A DNA stretch of 64,000 bases from NCBI RefSeq assembly GCF_006345805.1, contig NC_043004.1, positions 77,686,001 through 77,750,000 of the forward strand. The letters are read 5' to 3'. A program made the position numbers and the translations under genes. This DNA comes from Octopus sinensis (lineage: Eukaryota). The notes beneath the pieces are model-generated. The model was not told where the DNA came from, searched no databases, and saw only the letters and a program-made list of their open reading frames with translations. This document shows positions 26,101-38,100 of the stretch, in pieces; within the stretch, counting starts at the first letter, position 1, and the number at the start of each line of letters is the position of its first letter.

Positions 26101-29100
26101 ATATGATTTCAATTCTTTAAAGTCAAGTTGAGCAGTTATAAAAACCCTGGATTTTAGGGAAAACTTTAGTGTTTGTGGGATGCTACTAAACTCCATGACA
26201 CTCACTCCTTTGAGACATTGGCTATTTTTTATGCCATGTCTATGATAAAAATCCAACAAGACTTATTTGAATTGTTGTGAACTATTATAGTTAGTATGAA
26301 GAATTAGCTAGTGTGAATTTTAAGCCATAATTCTCTATGACAAAATTACTTTACTTTCAAATTGTATTATAAATGCTAAATGTACATAAATAAACTAATG
26401 TAGTAATTATTTTCTTTTTCTTCACGTGCTTCAACTTTTTAATGAAATTTATTTCAGTAATTATGAAACTGTATTTTTTTTTATAGCGGTTAAAAGAACA
26501 TAAATTTATTTCATAGAAACTTTAAATTCTTCATGTCATTTAAATTGTCCCATAAAACCTCGGTTTATTTCATGTAACCAGGAAAGACTACAGTCTGCTA
26601 CAAATTTAATATGACCAACACTGTAATACTACTACTCATAGGACAAGAATTCATTCTTTCAATTTAATACAATTAGCATTTGCACATGCAAAGTACCATA
26701 CCCAGATTTATACCTATATAACACAGAATTTATATGTAGTTATTTATGTTCCAGCTATACTGATGATCATGATTCCCATAAGCGTTGAACCTATTATCAT
26801 TAACTAGTCAATCAACTTTCCTCATTGAACTCCCATAATACAAATATGTTTTATGCCCAAAATATAGTCACTAATTTGAGTAAGATCTCAATCATAGTTA
26901 TAAAATTAGTTTTTGATAACCATATCTGTGTGACACTAAAATGATACAAGTGTTGCTATCTACTTTATTTTCAAATTAGAAATAATACAATTTTATATAC
27001 ACCCTTCAAATTCCTAGTCTCTGAAAAAGAAAAAAAAATCCAGGATATTGACAGAGATAGAACAGTTCAGTATTTAGTTTCAGATTTCTATAGTCTAAAT
27101 TTGAATCCAATCAGAGCAACTTTTCCTCTTTTTCTCCCAAAAGTTGATAAATATGCATTAAAAATGACCGAACCAACGAAACTCTTCCATGACAAAATTG
27201 TTTGCAAGTAATCAATATTATGAATAGAATAATTTGTTCTTAATTTTTATGTTGTTATTATATTTAATATAAATACATTAATCTTAATTCTGCCTTCAAT
27301 AGATGTTGGCCATTTTTCTATGTATGTGTATATGTTGTGTGTATTTATATACACAATATAAAAATATGCAAGGTAACCAAGCAACGTTTAACCAGCACTA
27401 TTGAGTTGTGTACATGTGTTTACATAACTTGGTTACAACTAAAATTTAAAGGAGACGTTATCAACATATGCAAATATATAAAACAATAAATTAACAATAT
27501 CTTAATAATAAATGGGACCATAAGTAGGATTGTTAATGACCAAAACTGAAGTTTAATTCTCTATGCCAATACAGTGACAAGCAATAAGAAAGCATTTTAC
27601 TTTCAACAAACACAGATGTGATAGAGATATGTAATTTTTTTACCTTGATCGCTGTCTTTTCCCCTGAGTCTGCTCAAGGCTGCTATTTACAACTGTTGTT
27701 ACACCATTAAGTCCGGTTGTTGAAGCACTTACATGGTTACCACTAAGATAACTGTCATAGTTACTGGAAAATGTTGTTTGAGGTTGAGAAGAAACCATAC
27801 TATTTTGAACAGTTGTAACGGTAGTTGTAAAGGATCCATTTGATGGTGAAGTAAGTAAACGACTGGCTTCAGGTAACACTGTGAAGCGAGCATCCATAAT
27901 AAGCTTATTTTCTGATGCAGTCAAAGTAGATCCAGGTCCTTTGGAAGCTAGATCAGAACTGTGTTGTGATGTTACTGAAGAATCACTTCTACAGCTGTCG
28001 TATGATGTGGTAGTAGGTGGAACAGAATGATTCTTACTTTCAGCTTCAGTAAATCCATCGAATTCTCCAGGTGCTGTGAGAGAGGAATCAGACTGTGTCT
28101 GATTTGACCCTTGAGGTGGAGTAGACAATAATTTAGGAGGTCTGCTTCTATCATGAGCAATATTAGGAAGAAGACGTTCCCGATCAGAACTTGTTAATGA
28201 GCTGGGATGATTAGACAAATTACTTGGGTGGAAATAACTACTATCAGCTTTCATATCACGGAGCTGAAAACAGAAAGAAAAACTTAATTAGCATTGCTTA
28301 TTTATCTAGAAAATGCTTATTTTTGAAAGCAGATACAACAGAAATTAAGATATTGAACCTTCACTTCTTATATCATAATATATCCATTTAACACCATTGT
28401 CCCATGCAAGAATGAGTTCAAACAATATAAGCCAAATGCTCATAAAAGCCCTCACTTATATGAGACCAAATTTTATGGCAGAATGTCTTTGCTTTTTGTC
28501 AGTGAGGGATTTATTTTTTATTCCATGCACAATAATAGTTACATCAATGTTCACTCATACACACATGCATCTATGTATGTATGTATACATAAACACACAC
28601 ACACACATACTTATATACAGCGGGGGTGCAAAAGTAAGTATCACATCAATGTTATAATACTTAATTCATTAAAATTATTGGCACATTAAATTAGTTAGCC
28701 TAATTTTTAATATCTTCAGTGTCATTTATCATAATAATACATTTATCACAATTATCTTTTATCTTTTACCAGTTGCAGCCAGAGGGTGAGGCCATGCTGA
28801 TCTACCGCCTTTACTGCATCTGGGGTTTTTCCAGTATTGCTTCTGGTGAAGTAGCGAGTTGGACATTGCTGCTCTTCTTTGTATCTCCTGCCATGATTTG
28901 GGTTCATCCTGTATTACAGATAAAAAAAACTGCCCAGACATTTTTTAAAGACTTCCATGTCTACACCTTGTAGATCCCTGATGTTCTGTGATAAGGCATT
29001 AAAAAGCTGTGGTCCCTTGAATCCCAAGCCCTTACAATATTAGGTTCGTATCCTCAGTGGAGAAGATGGGACCTTTGGTACTGTGCAATGCTGGGATTGT

Positions 29101-32100
29101 TGTAGATTTCGATTCCGAAATTTGGAGCTAGACCCTCCATTATTTTCCATATGTATAGCACTACACATCTCTCACATCTCCTCTCCAGGAAGTAAAGTGC
29201 CAGTTCCTTTAACCTCTCCCAGTAGCCCACGTGTTTTACGGAGCCCGTCTTCTTTGCGTAGTGGCATTGGATTGCCTCTAGTTCCACAATTAGTTTTACG
29301 CTCTGTGGTGACGATAGTTGGGAGCAGTAGTCCAGACAACTGAGGACAAAGGTTCTCCAAAGCAGAAGCATTGTGTCTCTGTTCCTAGTCCTGAAGGATC
29401 TAAAGATCTAACCTGCCACCTACCTGCATAGTGTTGTCATCTGAGCAATGTGCACATGGAAAGTTGCATCAATATTCAAGTGGATTCCCAGATTGCACAC
29501 TGACTAACTCTGGGATTACATTGCCCGCTGGTCCCATGTATTCCAGTTGTAGTTTGTTTGTGGGCTGATAGCAGAGTGCTTGAAATTTCGAAGCATTTAA
29601 CTGCATATTATTCTCATCTGCTTACGTATATATAGTGTTCAGGTCATTCTGCAGTCTTAGGATGTTGGTAGGATCCTTGACCGTCGGTGTAGCTGGTGAG
29701 TGTGACTGACTCTAAGGCTGACGGCATGTCCAAGAGAGCTACCACAAACAGTAGTGGTCCCAGCACTGTTCCCTGGGGGACTCTGCTGAGGATTGTGACA
29801 CTTCAAAGAGAGCACCATTTGCTGTGATAGCCTGACATCTGCCTTACAGGAAATCATGCGCCACTCTCCCAGTCTACCAGTGATTCCATGGTCATGCAAT
29901 TTGAAATATCCCATGCTCAACTTTGTCAAAAGCCATGGCAAAGTTGAGATATATGACATCCACATTTAAGTGGTTGAGCTGTTGTTTTAGTATGCAGTTG
30001 AAGTGCCGTAGTAGCTGTGTTAGACACCTCCTTCCAAGACGGAAGACGTTGCATGTCTGTTAGCAAGCCATTTTCTTTTAGGAACGTAGTCAGTCTTTTT
30101 CTGACAATGCGTTCCATGATCTTGCAAACATCTGAGGTCAGAGAGAGAGGCGTGTAGTTTATAGCATCTGCTCTGCTTCCACTTTTGTGGACGTAGCAGA
30201 TTATTCTTTCTTTTAATGTTCAAGGAAATGTACCACATTCAAGGGAACTCAAGAAAAGCATTTGCAGCGGTTTTGCAAGAGCTTTCTTAGCTTTCTTGCA
30301 TGTTTTTAACAGAATTGCTGGGAGCCCATCGGGGCCTGTTGCAAAGTTTGGGTTCATCTTGTCAATGGCCGACAATACATCCTCCTCTGCAATGTCAATA
30401 ATAATCTTTTTATTGTAACTTTTAATTTTTTTGATAAAAATAAGTATTGTAGGAGTTTTCTTTTTTCATGAGTGTATACCTACTTTTGCACCACCCTATA
30501 TATATGTGTGTATGTGTGTATGTATGTATATATATATATATATATATATAGACATGTATGACACATGTACAAACAGCCATGCTACATGACACTGAAACAT
30601 GGGCTGTGACTGCTGAGGACATGTGTAAGCTCGCAAGGAATGAAGCCAGTATGCTTCAATGGATGTGTAATGTCAGTGTGCATCCATATTTCATTATACA
30701 GTTATTTGCAGTATTCTTCCCTTGGACCTACACATTTTGGCTGCATCTGCTGCACGTTTACGTGTGCATCTTGATGTTAATTGTTGGTGCAGCTTCTTCA
30801 GGGTCATTGTTTGCTGCTGTTCGAAGATCATCTGAAGAAAACTATGAGACTGACTGAATAGGAATCTTTTAGGTGTTGGTATTACTATAAACGGTTATAT
30901 TTCCTCATGACCTGAAGATTACCTCAGTCAGTTAGGTATTTATTGCTGGGTTTGGGCTTAATACGTCAAGTTTAAGGGTTCCTATGAACTCCTTAGTATT
31001 ATAGTCCAGCTTATTATTCTGCTAATTTAGAAGAGTATTCTTATTTATTTTTTGAGGTTTTCAATTACATTTCTGGTTTATTATTTATTTCTATAATTAT
31101 TAATCTATAGGTTTATAATTTCCTTGTTATATATGAAATTAAATATCCTACCTATAGTTAATTTTATTAAATGCAATCATAACACAGACCTAATTTTATA
31201 TATTACAGTGGTGCTATTCTAGAAGATAGTATAATATTAAAAGAAGGCACAATAATAATAATAATAATTTTCAATAGTAACAATGGCAAGTTATGTACCT
31301 TAGCCTTTTCTCGTTCCAACCGAGAAGGAAAATTCTTTTCTGGTGTAGTTTCTGGTGTGCTAGTCTCACAAGAAATTGGTTTAAATGCTGGAATGGTTTT
31401 GATGTTGGCATCTTTCTTCTGAAAAGATGATAAAGTAGTCTAAAAAAATATAGCATCAATCTATACAAATGTACCATGTTAAAAAAATGCATAACCAAAG
31501 ATAATAGCTGTAAATTAATCAAATATGATGATGATGTATACAGAAAGAGGATAACGGACACATGGATGGTGTTTGTTAGTTAAAAATTGCTGCAATTTGC
31601 AGGAAATTGGTTGTCAGTCATTGATTCTCTATTTACTTTAATTTTACATTCAAGTAACTGCTTCAACTTGTTTGCTACTTCATTTTTGTTAATTCTAAAT
31701 CTAATTATTAAAAAAAAAAGGTAATCTTGTACAATTAGAGATTAACTTGAGATCCTCAGAGATTAACTAGTGATAAAGATGAAGGGTAAATTCTTCTACC
31801 GAAACTAAAAAGCAGAGCATTGCATATAGCAAAAATACTGAATAAACTTTCTCTTTCATCATATTTCTGACATATTCTCCAGTATTAGTTTCATAAATTT
31901 ATAAAACTGATTTGAACGAAACATTAAATTCACCTAACAAACTGTTAATATCCTATCTATGGCAGGAGTGGTATAAATATAAAAATTAGAAACTTCAAAT
32001 ATTTTAGAAAAAGATAATTCAATATTTAGAGTTTGTTGGGGTTTCGTGTGGAATCTCTTAATCCCCTAAATGTTTATATCTGAAATCCACTTAATGCATG

Positions 32101-35100
32101 TCTGGCCAACTTCACAGATTGCCTGATATCTAACCACTATAGAGTGAAGTGTTAGACAATGCAATATGAATTAGTCTGGCACCAGAGCACAGAGCAGGCC
32201 TCTGGCTCATAGAACCCTATTAATTCATCTAACTTAGGCTAGCACAGAAAATAAATATTAAATGATGATTTTATTTTTTATGTGCATACACACACATGAT
32301 GATGATGATGATGACAGACACTAATTAATGATACTTTCTTTCTCTAGCTGCAAATAACCAAATATAGCATTAAATATATCACAGGATAAAAATGAGGGAA
32401 AACTGACACATTGGGCATATAGAGTTTCCCATCATTGTGGATTAGCCATTTTTCTGCTATTGTCTGACTTCAGCTTTGTTTGTATATGGAGAGCTAAAAA
32501 TGTATAACATGTATTTTCTACTCCAAAATCAGATTCATTTCATAAATTCTTTACAATAACAATGTAGGCCATGTCTGAAATGTGATTGAAATTAAAGTCT
32601 ATTCTATACTTCTCCGTGAAATGCACTTTCCTCGTAACTAATATAGGAAATAAAATCAGAACTTGGTTTGAAATTATTTAACTCAGCCATGTTTATACAA
32701 AATATGTGCATTATATTAGCTGGTTTCTATTCACTGAAAAAGAAAGAGAACTACAGGCATATTAAAGACCTCCATGCTAATTATGAAGAAAGCATCAAAT
32801 TTTTGTTCAATATCAAAGAAAGATGTACAAAGGAAATCAAAACTGTGTAACAGTCAAAAACTAAGCACACAAAAATGTAGTTACATTTTTGGCACACACA
32901 CACAGGTAACCAAAACTTTAACCCTTTAGTGTTTAAACTGGCCATATCTGGCCCAGATATTCTACATGTTTTATATTCAAACTGGCCATATCTAGCCTCT
33001 CACACCTAACCTACATTGACATTCTAAAAATAGACAATCACATCATTGAAACCTCAAAGCTATAAGATAATGCATAATCAACCCTTTCGTCACTGTATTT
33101 ATTTTGAGATGTTCTGTGTTTCTTTCAATTATTTTAAGCTAGTGTTGTGAACATAAATTGTGACTAAGGTTTGATGGAAGATTTTAAATCAAAACTTATG
33201 AAAACAAGACATTTGTACTACAGAGCCAGTTTCAGCCGGGTTAGTAACAAAAGGGTTAATTCAAAACAATTTGAGTGAAAAAGTATTACATTTAACAGAG
33301 TAATCTGAACACTAAAGGGTTAAATGCACTAGATATAAAAAGAAGTTAGTAGCTGCAGATGTTCAAAGACAGAAGAGAAATTTGATTTTTGAACATACAA
33401 TAAAAAATTTGCAAGAAAAGCAAGTGACCTACATATGCAAGTAAGCACTGGCTGCACTGGTATGGATGTGAATGAATGAGGAGTGCTGAGAGAAAAAATA
33501 CTATACAGTAACAGCAGAAAATAACTATAAAAAAAGGAACACTAAGGAAATAATGAAGTTTGTTCTCAGAATGTAGAACCTCACATAAGGCAAAATGCAG
33601 ACCTGTCCAATACAATGCCAATATGAAAAAACAGGAATTAAACTTCTTATGACAATGAAACTAATTTTATAACAGTACTGAGCAGAGGGTAATACAAGAT
33701 TTTGGAAAAAGCAATATTAATGCTAAAAACTAACAAAAGATCTTTATAACTTTTTAAAATAAATTATAAAAGAATTTTTAGAAAATACTAAAGTACACTA
33801 ATTTCAAGTATAATTGTATATAATTAATATTTCAAACCAAATATGTACATATACATGCATAGAACCTCATACAGCCTGTCACATGGTTGGCTTGTTGACT
33901 AAACTGGCAACCTCACCAAGCAAACTTGCTAAAGAGGATAGTTACGGGACACCCTGTGGGGTAAAAAACATGACCCATCAAAGGGCAGAGGAACTCACAA
34001 GAGTCAACAACTATCCGAGTGAGGTCTGCTGTTCATCAGTCTCATGGCATACTTGCACCAACTGTCGGTGTCAGCAGTACCAAAAGTGTGAATGGTCCCA
34101 TACAAGCTGTTACCACTTTAAACAAGTAACTCAGTGGGCTGCCCAAGAGATTTGATTACTCTACATTTTACAAGATCATCCTGAGAAAGGAAAAGAAAAG
34201 GAAAATTCTTCGGTCCCTTTGCATTGAATACAACAACAGAGTCCATCACATGCATATAAAGCTATTTACTCCGTTCATTTGCAAGGTATTTTTGTATGTA
34301 TCAAGATTGTTTCAAACATCTTAATATGATTATTAACCCCTTTGATACCTACCAGCCCAAGGCTGCTCTTGCTTCTATATGAACTTTTTATATAAAGTGA
34401 TCTAAATTAAAATTTCGCATTAAAATTCCTTGTTAATTTATCTTCCAATTACCAGCTTAGTAATGGCCAAGACATTTTACCAAATTCTTTATTTTCAAAA
34501 TTAATTGAAACAAATGCAATGTAGTTCAACAGAAATATGGTAACAAAAGGGTTAAACAATGTTTAAGAATAACTTTGCTACCACCTTCATTTTTATTCAA
34601 ATCAAATATGATAAAACCAACCTTCTATTTGAGGAAGCATGTAATTGAACATTCAAAAATAGAACAAAATCTTCAAAGAAATATTGGATATGTTCATAAA
34701 AAATAAGATGACTCACCAATTTTTTATAATGATACATACAGTATCCACAATATTTAACATTGTCACCATAATTTCCAGCTTCTTCACATAAAAGACCTTG
34801 TGCTTGAGCACTGAAAGAAATGTAATTATTCAGATAGAAATCAAACAAAAACAAAATTTTGGTTAGTGAAAACTAATCAAGTTACAAAATTCTTATTTTA
34901 ATTCAAGACTATTTCAATTGTATGTATTGCAATTTAGGCTGTAATGGAACCGTTTCAAGTTAAAAGAGAAACAGTATGGACTTTCACAACCTTACCAGGT
35001 GACATGGAAATTTTGTTTACATCCATTTTTGTTGCATTGCATACAAGCCCCTGTAGCAGCTTTACTTTCACGACTTTGTTCTTCACAAATATAACACACC

Positions 35101-38100
35101 TGAATGACAAATATATAAATATTCAGAAAATCAATATTTTACTTTTAAATTATATTACATACTTAATTATCCAATTATACTCACTCATTTGAAAACAACA
35201 ACACATAATTTTATAACCTTTATTAAATTTTCAGTAAATATATTTAGTAGAAAAGGTTACAGAAATTTTTATTACTTAAAAGAAAAATTAAATTTGATCA
35301 AATATGATTTTAGAGTAAAAAATTGAAAATAATTAAAAACAGACAAAACAAGCAGAATGTAGTCAAATATTACAGTGTACACCATTGTATAGACATGACC
35401 CTTTTACTTTTTTCTTTCCCTGTTTTCTCAAGCTAACATGAACAGGTACGAAAATATGAACAATTGCTAGTAATCATGAACCTCATTCATTTTTATGTCC
35501 ATTTTTCTTTATGCTAGCATGGGTTACATATATTACTGAGGTCTAGTTTTACAGCCTGATGTACTTCTTGTTGCTAACCCCAACCTGATTTTCAAGAAAT
35601 TCAACACAGCTTCCAAGACTCATAATTAACAGATGATTTGTTGACAAGGAAATGAGAGTAGGATCACCATATGTAGCTCAGTGATTTTTTTTTGAAGAAG
35701 TACAAATGTAAACATTCACATAGACATGTGTGTGTGTGTGTGCATGCACACATCATTGACATCATTTGACATTCCCTTCCATAGCTATCTTAACTACCTA
35801 TCACTCACAATCTCTTCCACTAATGAATATTATCCTCCTACACTTTTAGCTGCCATTCCCAAGCACTCCCCCCTCCCCAGCTCATTATTAACCATCATAT
35901 TCCCTCAATTTCAACCCACAACTATTCACATCTTTCCCTCTCTTTATTCACAGTCAATACTGTCTCTCATCTCTCTCTCCTTTACCATATTGTCACTCCA
36001 GCCATGCTGTTTCCCCTTTCATATTCTGCAATTACTTTCCTACTCACCTTGAAAAATACAGACAAGACAAAGTAGTGAGGACCATTTTGTATTGTGAAAA
36101 TAAAAGGCAACTTCACTAATGTTGGTGCCATGAGATGCACCAAATACATTCTGTAAAGTAGTTGTGGAACAAGCCCAGTGGCTGTAGGGTTTAGAGAAGC
36201 CTTTATTCTTGTTTTGTTAAGGACACCACAAGCTCTATAATACAGCTGCCATGATAAAATGTACCCCTGTCCATTGTAAAATAGTTAATGTAGGAAGAAC
36301 ATTGAACTGTAGAAATTGAAATATACTATGAGATGTGTACTCCTGAATCATCTATGAGGGCAATGACACCAATTAAGAACTGATTCAGATCATAACAACT
36401 CACTCAACCCATGCCAACATGGAAAGTAGATGTTAAATGATAAGGCTTCATCAAACTAATTAATTTCTCTCATGTCCTATTTGATGAACTTCTTCTCCAA
36501 ATACCCTCTACCACCAACTTACAAAATAAACTTATGGTAAAGGAGTTCACTAAGAAAACGAAACGAGAAAAAAATTTTTTTTTGCAAGTATTTATTTATT
36601 CAAATGTAATGAAATCAGTGGACCTTAACTTCACCTGAGTTTTATATATTATTCTATTATTTCTTTGATTTTAGTCACTGGACTGTATGTAGCCATGATA
36701 AGGCACCACCTTTTATTTTAATTAATCACAGCAATCCCAGTATATATTTCTGTCTGGAACCATTTTATTGATTGACTAAGTTGCCATTCTAAAACAATAT
36801 TGGTTATCTTTATCTATCAATGTTGTCAAGCACATAAATGCTAGCATACAAACTGGCCTACATTCTGGTGGCACGTAAAAAGCACCAACTGATCGTGGGC
36901 GTAAAAAACACCCACTACACTCATGGAGTGGTTGGTATTAGGAAGGGCATCCAGCTGTAGAAACACTGCCAGATCAGACCGGGCCTGGTGCAACCTCCTG
37001 GCTTCACAGACCCCAATCGAACCGTCCAACCCATGCTAGCATGGAAAGCAGACATTAAACGATAATGATGATACATACATCATACACAAACATATGACAG
37101 CCTTCTAAACAGTTTCCATCCACCAAACTCCATTCTCAAAGTATTAGTCAATCCAAAGCTATATTAGAAGAAACTTGCCTAATGTGCCTTGAACCCAGAA
37201 ACATTTAACTGCAAAGCAAAATTCTCAACCATACTCGCACCTATATCTCTACACTACTTCATTAAAATTGTGTTTGTTGTCACACAATCCCATCTTCAAT
37301 AATCACATGAGGATGATTCTTTCATGAATTGAAGGTAAAGATAAATTATCACATTGTCAATGTTGATGTGGAATTAAAGCAAAAAAGCTCAATACCAACA
37401 TACCTTGTTTTAACCAATTAGCTAAAACAATTTACAAAAACATTTTATGATGTCCAAAATTTAAACAAAAGCATTTAAAACAAAATTCAAATGAGAATAA
37501 ATTGGAAAAATTACAAAATATTGAGTTGTAAAGAGAATAAAAAACACAGTTATTACTTTGTCTCTAACCTTATTGAACCTTTCTTGGGGTACATTCTTTA
37601 ATACAATTGGTTCCATAGTTTGTACATTAGCAAACCATGCTTCAGGAATAAATAGTGCACAAACAACATGACACCACCCTAGAAAATAGAAAAGTAAGAA
37701 TTATTGCACCAAATTCAAGTAAAATTGGAATATGAGCTGATACAGACAGACACATAGATATTTATACAGAAACACACACTCAAAGTCAGTAGAAGATTTA
37801 TCTTTATTGAAAACTCCTCTGATAACAGGAATAAGCTTTCAATAATGAGCATTCTAATAAGTTGCAATTGTAATTTTTATCGATAAATAATTATGAAAAT
37901 ATTTATCAATAAAAATTACAATTGCATCCAAACTTCTTCCAGTAACATCATAATCATTGGTTAATACAATTGTATTGGCATCCTTTCTGTCTCGGGAGAC
38001 AATGGAGTTGCACATGAAGTAGTCTAGTCCGGCTTTTATATTTCATGTCCTGATACATTTCCTGCTGTGGCTGTGTAGTCCTATCCTGGACAAACACTCC

